Shown here: one piece after another, positions 28,234 through 38,000 of the stretch
Layout of the letters: every line of letters starts with the position of its first letter
Numbering within the stretch: the stretch's first letter is position 1
Origin: Vicinamibacteria bacterium
GTDB lineage: Bacteria > Acidobacteriota > Vicinamibacteria > Marinacidobacterales > Marinacidobacteraceae
Reading direction: 5' to 3'
Assembly: GCA_964291235.2 (NCBI GenBank)
Contig: OZ219816.1
Coordinates: 1,984,001 to 2,048,000, forward strand
DNA length: 64,000 nt
Notes under the pieces: generated by a model
What the model saw: only the letters and a program-made list of their open reading frames with translations
What the model was told of the DNA's origin: nothing
The model's database searches: none
Program-made: the position numbers and the translations under genes

Positions 28234-30771
28234 CTAGTGCTCCGCGGCGGCCGTCGTTTCGGTCTCGGCTTCGACCCGGCCCTTCATCTGGAAGGCCGGG
28301 CTCTTCGCCACCCCGAGAATGAACGCCGACATCCGGTAGTCGGATTCCTCCGCCTCCCGAACGATCTCCCGGATCCGCGGCTGGTCGTAGTACTCCACCC
28401 GCCGTCCTAGCGCGTACGCCATCAGGTTCTCGGTGAACGTCCGCAGCAACGGCGCCGGACGCTTCAGGAGCGCCTCCCGCAGGTCTCCGATGTCCCGGAT
28501 CGGGGTTCCGTCGTAGAACTCGCCCGACGCGTCGATCGGCTGGCCGGCATCCTTCACCCGGACCCGGCCGGTGACGTCGAACTGCTCGAGCGCCAGCCCG
28601 ATCGGGTCCATCATCCGGTGGCACGAGCGGCACGCCGGGTTGTCCCGGTGAATCTCCAGGGCCTGGCGCGCGGTGAGTTTCTTGACCGTCTCACCTGATT
28701 CCCCGGAATCGAGGTCCGGAACGTTGGGCGGCGGGGGCGGCGGCGGGCTCCCGAGCAGCACCTCCATCACCCACTTCCCGCGAAGCACCGCCGAGGTCCG
28801 GTAGGGATGCGACGTCAGCGTCAGCATGCTCCCGTGGGCGAAGATCCCGCGCCGGTTCGGATCCTGATACGCCACCATCCGGTGCTCCGGACCGGCGACC
28901 CCCTTCATCCCGTAGTGGTGCGCGAGCCGCTGGTTCACGAACGTGTAGTCGGCGGTGAAGAGATCGAAGACGCTTTTGTCCTCCGCCACCAGGTGGTGGA
29001 AGAAGCGCTCGGTCTCCTCGACCATCGCGGTCTTCAACTGCTGGTGGAAGTCCGGGTAGAGCCGCACGTTCGGGTTGATCTTCTTGAGATCCTGCAGCCG
29101 GAACCACTGGTAGGCGAAGCGTTTCGCCAGCGCTTCCGAGCGGGGGTCCGCCAGCATCCGGCGAACCTGCGTCTCGAACCCGGCGGGTTCCGACAACCGG
29201 CCGGCCTCGGCCGCATCCAGCAGCTCATCGTCGGGGATCGTCCCCCAGAGGAAGAACGAAAGCCGCGACGCCAGATCGATGTCCGTCAGCCGATAGCCGA
29301 ACTCGGCCTCCCGCGGATCCAGCGGTTCCTCGATCCGGAACACGAAGTTGGGACTCGCGAGGATTCCCTCGATCCCCATCCGGATCCCTTCCTCGAAGCC
29401 GACCCGCGAGACCCCCGCGTCATAGAGCGACATCAGCGAGTCGAGGTTGCGCTCGGTGAGACTGCGCCGATACGCAAGGCGCCCGATACGCGAAAGGATC
29501 TGCTCGGCGCAGGGACGCGCTTCGTCCGGCGAGAGCGGGCGGCAGGTGAAGATGGCCCGGCGGCTCGGCGTCTCGGACACCCCGGTCGCATCGAAAGGAC
29601 CGGTCATGAACAGATCCCGCAGGTGGGGCACGTTGTGGATGCCGTAGGTCCGGGAGGTCGCGGTGCTGGCAAGGGACCATTCGTGCGGAGAAATCAGGTC
29701 GAGGACCGGCCCCTCGTAGTGCTTCAGGAAGACCGCTGCCACCTTCCGCGGCCCGCCGCGCACGAAGACCGGTTCGGTCCGCAGGTTGACGCCGTCCGGG
29801 TCGGAAACGTGCATCCAGCGTCCCACGTCCACCAGCGCCACCCGTTCACCGTCAACGGAGATCTCGACCTGCTCCGGTTTGTCGAAGGTGTGGAGCGAAC
29901 TCGATCCCGAACCCACGATGGCGCCGGTGGTCTCGTGGTGGAAGGCAACCCGGAACCGGTACTCCCCATCCGCCGGAAAAACGTGGTCCACCACGATCCC
30001 GCCGCGCGTTCCGTAAGGGGCCCCTTCGACCTGATCCAGTTGTTCGGCCCAGCGGGACACGTGATAGCCGGATTCAGCCGCCACCGCGTCCGCGTCTCCG
30101 ACGGCGAGGTAGCTGATTTCACTCGCGGCGCGCAGGTAGGAATCCATGAGCGTCGCGGAGAGCAACTGGACGTCGGCGATGTTGTCGAAGTTGGCGCTGA
30201 TGGTGTCCTGCGGCAGGTACTGCGCGGCATCCAGCGGGAGATCGAGCAAGTCGCGGATCGCCGCGCTGTACTCGGAACGGTTCAGCCGCTGGAACGAACG
30301 GCGTCCGGGATTCGGGTTCTCGGCGGCGCTGAGGTCAAGCTGCGTCTCGAGGGACTCGGCAACTTCGGTGAGCATCTCCTCGCCCGGACGCCGCGCGCCC
30401 GGCGGCGGCATCATCCCGAGCCGGAGCTTCGAAACCATCTTCTCCGCGAGCGCCGGATTGGCCGGAGCGTCTCCGGCGTCGAAGCCGGCGAGCGACATGT
30501 TGCCCGTCTTCATCCGGTCGTTGTGGCAGACCATGCAGTAGGTCCGGAGCATCCCGTTGTGCGCCGCGGCGGTTTCCGCGTTCAAAGAGCCGGCTTCGGA
30601 GGCGGAAGCCGGACCCGAACTTTCCGGGGTCCAGGTGCGGGCGGAGGCGACCGTGGGAAGACCCGATCCGGCGGGCCCGGAGCCCGGCCGTTCTCCGGCG
30701 TTCGCCAACGGCGACAACACGAAGACGCCCGCGCTGAGGGACCACGCGGCGACGAAAGTGAGTAGGCGCAT
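28234..30771 (-). CDS. DUF1592-family planctomycete-type cytochrome c protein (cassette copy 1)
   Basis: Signal peptide MRLLTFVAAW...; CMVCH and CRSCH motifs; paralogue of 22217-24736. Confidence 0.9.
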   Translation of the reverse strand: MRLLTFVAAWSLSAGVFVLSPLANAGERPGSGPAGSGLPTVASARTWTPESSGPASASEAGSLNAETAAAHNGMLRTYCMVCHNDRMKTGNMSLAGFDAGDAPANPALAEKMVSKLRLGMMPPPGARRPGEEMLTEVAESLETQLDLSAAENPNPGRRSFQRLNRSEYSAAIRDLLDLPLDAAQYLPQDTISANFDNIADVQLLSATLMDSYLRAASEISYLAVGDADAVAAESGYHVSRWAEQLDQVEGAPYGTRGGIVVDHVFPADGEYRFRVAFHHETTGAIVGSGSSSLHTFDKPEQVEISVDGERVALVDVGRWMHVSDPDGVNLRTEPVFVRGGPRKVAAVFLKHYEGPVLDLISPHEWSLASTATSRTYGIHNVPHLRDLFMTGPFDATGVSETPSRRAIFTCRPLSPDEARPCAEQILSRIGRLAYRRSLTERNLDSLMSLYDAGVSRVGFEEGIRMGIEGILASPNFVFRIEEPLDPREAEFGYRLTDIDLASRLSFFLWGTIPDDELLDAAEAGRLSEPAGFETQVRRMLADPRSEALAKRFAYQWFRLQDLKKINPNVRLYPDFHQQLKTAMVEETERFFHHLVAEDKSVFDLFTADYTFVNQRLAHHYGMKGVAGPEHRMVAYQDPNRRGIFAHGSMLTLTSHPYRTSAVLRGKWVMEVLLGSPPPPPPPNVPDLDSGESGETVKKLTARQALEIHRDNPACRSCHRMMDPIGLALEQFDVTGRVRVKDAGQPIDASGEFYDGTPIRDIGDLREALLKRPAPLLRTFTENLMAYALGRRVEYYDQPRIREIVREAEESDYRMSAFILGVAKSPAFQMKGRVEAETETTAAAEH

Positions 30772-31075
30772 GGGACGTTTTGCCGGACGTCGCAGGGCAG
30801 CTTTTCCGCCCCCCAAGACGCTCCAGTGCAATTGGAAAAGGATAGTCCCGAGCGCGCCTGCTTGCAAGGAGTCGGAGTCCGTGTCCGAGGAGCGCTGCGT
30901 TGAGGTGTCACAGGTCCCCGAACACGAGCAGGATCCGGCCCCTTGCAGCCCGCGCGGCCGTCCCGCGGTCCACGCTGCGGGGTTGCCTCCGGAGGACTCT
31001 CGGAGGTTCCCGGACGCCGGACGCCCGGCCCGGCCCCGGCCGGCCGGCCGATGGCACCGCGGCCGCGCTCGCCGA

Positions 31076-31891
31076 TCAGGCGTCGAGATCGCAGAGGACC
31101 GGCGCGTGGTCCGAGGGAACGTCGTCTCCCTTCTTCTGACGCCGCTCATCCCGGTCCACCCGCACTCCGCCGATCCGCCCGATCAGCGGGGCCGTCAGGT
31201 AGATGTGGTCGATGCGGGCGCCCACGTTCCGGGCGAACGCCAGGCGGGTGTAGTCCCACCACGTGTAGAGGCCCTTCTCGGGCTCCTCCCCTTCGGCATA
31301 GACCCGCCGATACGCGTCCGCGAGCCCCCAGGCGACAAGGTCGGCGAGAGCGGCGCGGGCGTCCGGATGACAGAGCACCCCACCCGGGTCCGCGGTCGCG
31401 GAATCGCGGTCGGTAGGCGCCACGTTGAAGTCCCCGCAGAGCACGAGCGGCTCCGAGGGATCGGCGTTCGTTGCGAGGTGGTCGCGGAGGGCTCGCAGCC
31501 ACTCCAGCTTGTACTTCCAGTCCTCGACCCGGGTCACCGCCTTTCCGTTCGGAACATACGCGGTGATGACCCGAGCGCCTGCGATCCGGACATCCAGCAG
31601 CCGGGCCTCACCCCGCGACCGGCAGGGGGGCAGGCCGCGCGCCAGCACCTCGGGCGACTCGCGCGCCAGCACCGCCACCCCGTTTCGCGCGGCCTGGGCG
31701 TGGACCACCGCACGGTAGCCGGCCGCCTCGACGTCCAGCCAGGGAAAGGTCTCCGCGGGGGCGCGAAGCTCCTGCAGGCACAGGACGTCGGGTTCGTGCC
31801 GCTCCAGGAGCCGCAGCAGGCGAGCCCGGCGGGTGCGGATCGAATTCAGGTTCCAGGTGATAACGCGCAAGGACGAAGCGGGCCGGATCAT
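31076..31891 (-). CDS. xth: Exodeoxyribonuclease III
   Basis: TWNLNSIR, LCLQE, YVPNG, GDFNVAP, YTWWDY, RIDHI and SDHAPV motifs. Confidence 0.95.
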   Translation of the reverse strand: MIRPASSLRVITWNLNSIRTRRARLLRLLERHEPDVLCLQELRAPAETFPWLDVEAAGYRAVVHAQAARNGVAVLARESPEVLARGLPPCRSRGEARLLDVRIAGARVITAYVPNGKAVTRVEDWKYKLEWLRALRDHLATNADPSEPLVLCGDFNVAPTDRDSATADPGGVLCHPDARAALADLVAWGLADAYRRVYAEGEEPEKGLYTWWDYTRLAFARNVGARIDHIYLTAPLIGRIGGVRVDRDERRQKKGDDVPSDHAPVLCDLDA

Positions 31892-31930
31892 ATGCGGGCG
31901 AAGCCCCTACACTTCGTCCCCTTCCCCGGC

Positions 31931-32179
31931 ATGAATTCGTTCTTCCCGATGCGGCGTCCGGAACGCATCGCACTCTTCGTCCTGATTCTCTTTTCGACGA
32001 TCGCTTTCCTGCCTTTCTTCGGAGAGATCTCGGTGCTCGGGGTCGCCGTCTTCGGCTGGCTGATGGCGATCCTCCTGCTCGGGTCGCCGGCGATTCTCCT
32101 TCTGTTGCTGTTCACCGAACCGGAGACCGGCAGCGCTCCGGAGTCGAAGAAGCCGGCCGAACCGGCCTCGGGCCCATGA
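31931..32179 (+). CDS. Small two-TM membrane protein, likely accessory subunit of the downstream SSS symporter
   Basis: Two hydrophobic helices; stop overlaps the SSS start (ATGA), an arrangement known for DUF485/DUF997-type partners. Start 31931 or 31949. Confidence 0.65.
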   Translation: MNSFFPMRRPERIALFVLILFSTIAFLPFFGEISVLGVAVFGWLMAILLLGSPAILLLLLFTEPETGSAPESKKPAEPASGP

Positions 32180-33606
32180 TCGAACGCTGGCTCGTCCTCG
32201 CCTACCTGCTGGTATGCGTGGTGGTGGGGGCACTGGCCACGCGCCGGGTGCTCGGCTCGGCGGACGAGTACTGGGTGGCCGGGCGCCGCGTCGGCACCGG
32301 GGTCAACGCGCTCGCCATCATGGCGAGCCTGGCAAGCGGCGGCTCGCTGGTGGGAGTGCTGGGCCTCGCCTACCGGGACGGGATTCCCGCGACCCTTGCG
32401 CTGTTCGCAGGGGCGGTCGTCGGTTTCCCCCTCGCCACCATCCTGGTCGCCGCTCCCCTGCGCCGGCTCGCCAAGTTCACGATCACGGACTTCATGGTGT
32501 TCCGCTATCCGCACGGAATCGTGCGGGCGCTGGTCCCCACGATCATCGTGGTGTCACTCACCGTGTACATGGTGGCCCAGATGAAGGCCGCCGGCATCAC
32601 CGCCGAAGCCCTCCTCGGGGTGGACTACGGGACCGCGATCACGGTCGCCACCCTGGTGTTCATTCTCTACGTGTCCTTCGGGGGCATGGTCGCCGTCACC
32701 GTCACCGACGTGATGCAGGGAGCTTTGCTCTTTCTCCTGATGGGGGCGACCGCGGTCGTACTCGCCACCTCCGCCGGATCGCCGCTCGGCTCGCTCCAGG
32801 CGGCAACCGCGGCCTCCCCGGCTTTCGGGCAACTGCCCTCCGGAGGCTCCGGCTATCTCAGCTATTTCGTGATCTGGGCCTCTGCGATTCCCGTGATTCC
32901 GCACATCGTGATGCGGGTCTCCACCGCCCGGGACCCGCGGAGCGCCCGGGTGTCGCTGAACCTCGCGACCGTCATGTACGGAGTGATGATCCTGGCGGCG
33001 ATCCTGCTGATCGCTCCCGTGGGCATCCTGGAGTTTCCCGGGCTGACCGATCCCGACGAGGTGTTCCTGCGGGTCATCGGCGACCACTTTCCTCCGGTCT
33101 TCCGGGGGCTCGCGGTGGCGGCAGTGCTGGCCGCGGTGATGTCCACCACCGACGCCTTCCTGCTCGCGGTCAGTTCGGCGGTCGCCCACGACCTGTTGGG
33201 CGGCTTCCTGGCGCGGAAGAGCAAGCGGGCCCAGGCCGCCGCCCGCCTCGGGGCTACCTGGCTCGTCGGCGCCGCCGCGCTCTACTGGGCCTGGTCCCCG
33301 CCGGAACTGCTCACCCAGTTCTATACCGCCGGCGTGGGCCTGCTCTCCGCAGGACTCTTCGTGCCGGTGGTCTTCGGCATCTGGTGGCGGCGGGCAAATC
33401 TGGTGGGCGGCGTGGCGGCTCTCGTTTCCGGCGTCGCCGTCTATTCGTTCGTGCTGCTCGCCGGCCCGCAATTCGGGATTGGCGCCGGGCCGATCCTGGT
33501 GGCGCTCCCGATCAGCCTGCTGGCGATGCTGGCGGGCGGGCTATGGGGCGGACGCGATCCCGACGAGCGGGCGAGCGCCGTCGAACGACTGCACCGGCCC
33601 GACTGA
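32176..33606 (+). CDS. Sodium:solute symporter family protein
   Basis: YWVAGRR, GGMVAVTVTDVMQG and AAVMSTTDAFLL motifs. Confidence 0.9.
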   Translation: MIERWLVLAYLLVCVVVGALATRRVLGSADEYWVAGRRVGTGVNALAIMASLASGGSLVGVLGLAYRDGIPATLALFAGAVVGFPLATILVAAPLRRLAKFTITDFMVFRYPHGIVRALVPTIIVVSLTVYMVAQMKAAGITAEALLGVDYGTAITVATLVFILYVSFGGMVAVTVTDVMQGALLFLLMGATAVVLATSAGSPLGSLQAATAASPAFGQLPSGGSGYLSYFVIWASAIPVIPHIVMRVSTARDPRSARVSLNLATVMYGVMILAAILLIAPVGILEFPGLTDPDEVFLRVIGDHFPPVFRGLAVAAVLAAVMSTTDAFLLAVSSAVAHDLLGGFLARKSKRAQAAARLGATWLVGAAALYWAWSPPELLTQFYTAGVGLLSAGLFVPVVFGIWWRRANLVGGVAALVSGVAVYSFVLLAGPQFGIGAGPILVALPISLLAMLAGGLWGGRDPDERASAVERLHRPD

Positions 33607-33616
33607 AAACCCGTCC

Positions 33617-35059
33617 TTGTTGACGAGTCTTTCCGCCGCGGTCCTTCTCCTTTACACGGGACTTCTGTTCGGGCTGGCCTGGATCGCCAGCCGCCGCGTC
33701 CACAACTTCTCCGACTACCTGGTCGCGGGCCGGCGCCTCGGGACGCCACTGGCCTCGCTCAGCCTGCTGGCCACCTGGTTCGGGGCGGGCACGCTCCTCG
33801 CTTCGGCCGAGGAAGTCCGGTCCGTGGGTCTGTCGGCGGCTGCCCTGGAACCCATCGGTCCGGGAATCTGTCTGCTTCTGGTCGGCCTGTTCTACGCGGC
33901 CCCACTTCGGCGCCTGCGGCTCCTGACGCTTGGCGACTTCTTTGCCCGCCGTTTTGGCCGGAGCGCGGAGATCAGCTCCGCCGCCATCATGGTGCCCAGT
34001 TTCTTCGGCTGGATCGCGGCCCAGTTCTCGGTGCTGGCCGCGCTCCTCGGCGAGCTCTTCGGAATCCCGCTCGGTGTGGGTCTCGCGCTGGTGGCGGCGG
34101 TTGCCGTCGGCTATACGTTGATCGGGGGGATGTGGTCGGTGACGCTGACCGATGCGGTGCAGGGCGTGATCGTCGGCTTCGCGCTCTTGGCGCTCGGCAT
34201 TTCGGCGCTCGCGGAACTGGGAGGGGGGTCGCTGGGCGGGGGGCTGGCGCGGCTCGGACGCGACACGCCTCCGGATCTGCTCGCGGTGATTCCCGGCGAA
34301 ATGACCGCTTTCCTCGCCTGGTCGGGACTGCTCGTGGCCGGGGCGCTCGGCAACATCCCGGGCCAGGACGTGCTGCAACGGGTGTTCGCGTCGCGGTCGG
34401 AGCGGGTGGCGCGCCGCGCCTGCCTGATTGCGGGGGGGCTTTATCTGGGACTCGGCGCGATTCCCGTGCTGCTTGGACTTGCGACCCGGCTGCTCCTTCC
34501 CGGATCCGAGAGCGAGATGCTCGCGGCGCTCGGCCGCATCCTCTTCAGCCCGTTGGCGGCGCTCGGGTTGATCCTGCTGGTCGTGTCGGCGCTCCTTTCG
34601 ACCGTGGACAGCGCGCTAATATCGGCCGCGTCCGTACTGGCGCAGAACCTGCTCCGCCACCCCCTGCCCCGGGTGGGGCTCCTACGGTTGAGCCGAATCT
34701 CGGTGGTGATCGTCGGTGCGGCGAGTCTTTTCTATGCGTTCCGTGGCTTCAGTGCGTACTCCCTGCTCGAAGACGCGTACGAACTCACGCTCGTGGGCCT
34801 GTTCGTGCCGCTGACCGCCGGACTCTTCTCGGAACGCGGCGGCCGCGTGGCCGCGCTCACCGCAATGGGCGGCGGCGCCGTCTTGTGGGCCCTTCACCTG
34901 ACGCTCGGGTGGGAGTGGTTCCTGGAGCCCGCGCTGTTTTCCGCCGGCGTACCGATTCCGAAGGCGATCGGCCTGACGGCCGCGAGCTGCGCCGGCTACG
35001 TGCTCGGGACCGCCTTCGACCGCACGAGCCCGGAGCGGCGCCCGGCGGCCGCGGATTGA
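33617..35059 (+). CDS. Sodium:solute symporter family protein (choline-transporter-like)
   Basis: YLVAGRRL, ATWFGAG, GGMWSVTLTDAVQ and LGNIPGQDVLQRVFA motifs; TTG start inferred. Confidence 0.88.
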   Translation: MLTSLSAAVLLLYTGLLFGLAWIASRRVHNFSDYLVAGRRLGTPLASLSLLATWFGAGTLLASAEEVRSVGLSAAALEPIGPGICLLLVGLFYAAPLRRLRLLTLGDFFARRFGRSAEISSAAIMVPSFFGWIAAQFSVLAALLGELFGIPLGVGLALVAAVAVGYTLIGGMWSVTLTDAVQGVIVGFALLALGISALAELGGGSLGGGLARLGRDTPPDLLAVIPGEMTAFLAWSGLLVAGALGNIPGQDVLQRVFASRSERVARRACLIAGGLYLGLGAIPVLLGLATRLLLPGSESEMLAALGRILFSPLAALGLILLVVSALLSTVDSALISAASVLAQNLLRHPLPRVGLLRLSRISVVIVGAASLFYAFRGFSAYSLLEDAYELTLVGLFVPLTAGLFSERGGRVAALTAMGGGAVLWALHLTLGWEWFLEPALFSAGVPIPKAIGLTAASCAGYVLGTAFDRTSPERRPAAAD

Positions 35060-35066
35060 GCCACCG

Positions 35067-36506
35067 GTGAGCGAGCTCCGCACGCGCGCCGAGGCGCTGC
35101 GGCGCCGCGCCCGGTCGCTTGAGCCCGACGCGGACGAGCGGGAGGTGCTCACCGGCGCCACCATCCGGCATTCCGAGGAGTTCCTTGAGGGCCTGAAGAC
35201 CGGTCCGTCGTGGTACCCGCCGCGGGAGGCCTCGGAACTGACCGACCTGCCGATCGGACCGCAGGGCCAACCCTTGCCGGAAATCCTCGACCTGATCCGG
35301 CGGGAGGTCGAACAGGAGGGGCTGAATCCGGCGTCGCCGCGCGATCTCGGCTACGTGCCCGGCGGCGGGATCTATACATCCGCGCTCGGGGACTTTCTGG
35401 CGGCGGTTGGGAATGCTTTCTCCGGCTACTTCCCAGCATCACCGGGGGCGGCCCGGGTGGAGAACCGCCTGGTGGAATGGATCGCCGAGATCGTGGGGTA
35501 TCCAAAGGAAGCCGGCGGCACCCTGACTTCGGGCGGAAGCGTCGCCGCCCTGACCGCGATCATCGCGGCTCGCGAGGCAAAGGGACTCAGGTCGCGCGAC
35601 TACGCCCGGGCGTGTGTGTACGTCACGAGCCAGGAGCACTATTCGGTGCGCAAGGCGGTGCACCTGGCGGGCGTTGGGGAAGCGCCCTGCCGGATCGTCG
35701 CGGTGGATGAGGCCTACCGGCTGGAGCCCGCGTCGCTCGCCGCCCACATCCGGAAGGACCGGGCCGACGGACTCATTCCCTGGCTGGTGGTGAGCACCGC
35801 CGGGACGACGAACACCGGGGCCGTGGATCCGCTGGACGCGGTGTCCGGGATCGCCCGGGCCGAGGGGGTCTGGCACCACGTGGATGCCGCCTACGGGGGG
35901 TTTTTCGTGCTGGTTCCGGCGCGGCGGGATGTCTTCCGGGGAATCGAGGAATCGGACTCCGTGGTGCTCGACCCCCACAAGAGCCTGTTCCTCCCCTACG
36001 GGAGCGGCGCGGTGGTGGTCCGCAACGCGGCGCACCTCGAAACGTTCCGCTTCAAGGCCCCCTACCTGGTGGACAAGCCCCAGGCCGAAAGTTCCCCCTC
36101 GGAATGTTCGATCGAACTGACCCGCCATTTCCGGGGGCTACGCCTTTTGCTGCCCCTGCTGCTCCACGGAACCGACGCGTTCGCGGCCGCTCTCGAGGAG
36201 CGGTGGGTGCTGGCCTGCTATCTCCAGGACGAACTGCGCACGTGGGACGACATCGAGGTCGGTCCGGAGCCCGAACTCTCCACGATGTGTTTCCGCTACC
36301 GGCCGCAAGGGCGCACCGACGCGGAAGTGGACGAACTCAACCGGCGGCTCACCCGGGCCCTCCACGCCGACGGCCGCATCTTCGTCTCGGCCACCTACCT
36401 GAACGACCGGTTCTGGCTGAGGCCCTCGCCCGGCATCTTCCGGACGCACGCCGAGCACATCGACGAGTTCCTGGACATCCTCAAGGACTTCATCGCGGAC
36501 CTCTGA
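35067..36506 (+). CDS. Group II PLP-dependent amino-acid decarboxylase
   Basis: TSGGS, EHYSV, TAGTTNTGAVD, HVDAAYGG and LDPHK (PLP lysine) motifs. Confidence 0.92.
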   Translation: MSELRTRAEALRRRARSLEPDADEREVLTGATIRHSEEFLEGLKTGPSWYPPREASELTDLPIGPQGQPLPEILDLIRREVEQEGLNPASPRDLGYVPGGGIYTSALGDFLAAVGNAFSGYFPASPGAARVENRLVEWIAEIVGYPKEAGGTLTSGGSVAALTAIIAAREAKGLRSRDYARACVYVTSQEHYSVRKAVHLAGVGEAPCRIVAVDEAYRLEPASLAAHIRKDRADGLIPWLVVSTAGTTNTGAVDPLDAVSGIARAEGVWHHVDAAYGGFFVLVPARRDVFRGIEESDSVVLDPHKSLFLPYGSGAVVVRNAAHLETFRFKAPYLVDKPQAESSPSECSIELTRHFRGLRLLLPLLLHGTDAFAAALEERWVLACYLQDELRTWDDIEVGPEPELSTMCFRYRPQGRTDAEVDELNRRLTRALHADGRIFVSATYLNDRFWLRPSPGIFRTHAEHIDEFLDILKDFIADL

Positions 36507-36548
36507 GCGGGGAGCCGCGGTCCACGGTGTTCCCGGCGGCGGCGTCCG

Positions 36549-37847
36549 TTACGGGCTCTTGACCACCTCGCCGCCCTTCATCACGAACTTCACGTCCTCG
36601 AGCAGGGTGATGTCTTCGAGCGGGTTCCCCGCCACCGCGATGATGTCGGCCAACTTGCCGTCCTCGATGGAACCGAGGTCGGCTTCCCAGCGAAGCAACT
36701 CCGCGGCATTGAGAGTGGCCGTCTGGATCGCCGCCATCGGCGAGATGTCCATCTCGTCCACCATGATCGCGAAGTCCCTGGCGTTCCTGCCGTGCGGGAA
36801 CACCGCAGCGTCCGTCCCGTAAGCGAACTTCACGCCGGCGTGGAAGGCGGCGGCGAGCCGCTCGCGCTGCATGGCCGCCATCTCGGTCGCCTTCTGGATC
36901 GCGTACTCGGGGACGTCGTTCTCGGCGCCCTCGTCGATGATGTAGTCGAGCGTATAGAGGGTGGGAACGACGAAGGTTCCGTGCTCCTTCGCGAGCCGAA
37001 TCCCCTCGTCGTCGATCAGGGTGCCGTGCTCGATGCTGGCCACCCCGGCGCGGATGGCGTCGTTCATGGCGGCCGGTGAATGGGCGTGCGCCCCCACGGG
37101 GGTGTCGAGCATGTTGGCGGTATCGACAATGGCCTTCAGTTCCTCGAAGGAGTACGCCTGGTCGTAGACCGAGTCACCGTGGGAGAGCACGCCGCCGGAG
37201 GCGGTCACCTTGATCACGTCCGCCCCGTACTTGACCTGGTAGCGCACCGCCTTGCGCAACTCGTCCACCCCGTCCGCGATCATCGCGTAGCCGGGCGTCG
37301 GGACATCCGCGTTCCAGCCGTTGATGTCGGCATGGCCGCCCGTGGAACCCACGCCCCAGGTCGCCGCCTGGATGCGCGGACCGGGCACGATGCCCCGGTC
37401 CACCATGTCGCGGAGCGCCGCGTCGTGGTAGTTGCCGGCGCCGATGTTGCGGACGCTGGTGAAGCCCTTCTCGAGAGTGATCTTGGCGTGCGCGACGGCG
37501 TAGATCGCTTCGTGGGCGACCGTCTCCCGCATCTTCTGCGTGTCGCCGCCGTCCCCCGGGATACCGCCGAGGTGGATATGGCAATCGAAGAGCCCGGGGA
37601 GGATCGTGTGGCCGCTCAGGTCGATCACGGTCGCACCGCGCGGAATGGGAACCGCGCCCGTCGGGCCGACTGCGGTAATCCGCTCGCCTTCGATCACCAC
37701 CTCCGGGTTCAGGACGGGCGGCGCGTCGGTTCCGATGATGAGCCGGTCGGCGCGGATCACCACGGCGGTGTCCGCGTCCTGGGCGGCGGCCGGAAGAGCC
37801 AGCAGAACGGCAAGGCAAGCAAGAGCAGGACGGGACATGAAGCGCAT
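36549..37847 (-). CDS. Secreted metal-dependent amidohydrolase (imidazolonepropionase/Xaa-Pro dipeptidase-like)
   Basis: PGLFDCHIH, GADVIK, AHAH, SIEHG, GTDA and GKLADIIAV motifs; signal peptide. Confidence 0.9.
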   Translation of the reverse strand: MRFMSRPALACLAVLLALPAAAQDADTAVVIRADRLIIGTDAPPVLNPEVVIEGERITAVGPTGAVPIPRGATVIDLSGHTILPGLFDCHIHLGGIPGDGGDTQKMRETVAHEAIYAVAHAKITLEKGFTSVRNIGAGNYHDAALRDMVDRGIVPGPRIQAATWGVGSTGGHADINGWNADVPTPGYAMIADGVDELRKAVRYQVKYGADVIKVTASGGVLSHGDSVYDQAYSFEELKAIVDTANMLDTPVGAHAHSPAAMNDAIRAGVASIEHGTLIDDEGIRLAKEHGTFVVPTLYTLDYIIDEGAENDVPEYAIQKATEMAAMQRERLAAAFHAGVKFAYGTDAAVFPHGRNARDFAIMVDEMDISPMAAIQTATLNAAELLRWEADLGSIEDGKLADIIAVAGNPLEDITLLEDVKFVMKGGEVVKSP

Positions 37848-38000
37848 CGGGTTCCTCCGGAAGAAGCGGGCGATCGTACCCGGAATTGAGGCCGTTTGGA
37901 GGCTTCGGGAGCCGCAGCACGGGTGTTTGGCGCGGGGAGTTTCGCCACTGTCCGGGCGACACCGGGCACAACCCCGGGGTTCCCCGGATAATCGCCGCCC

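Noticed and set aside
30772-31075. Riboswitch or ncRNA upstream of the DUF1592 operon
   Set aside because: GC-rich hairpins are present, but I could not recognise any conserved riboswitch motif; an Rfam search would be needed.
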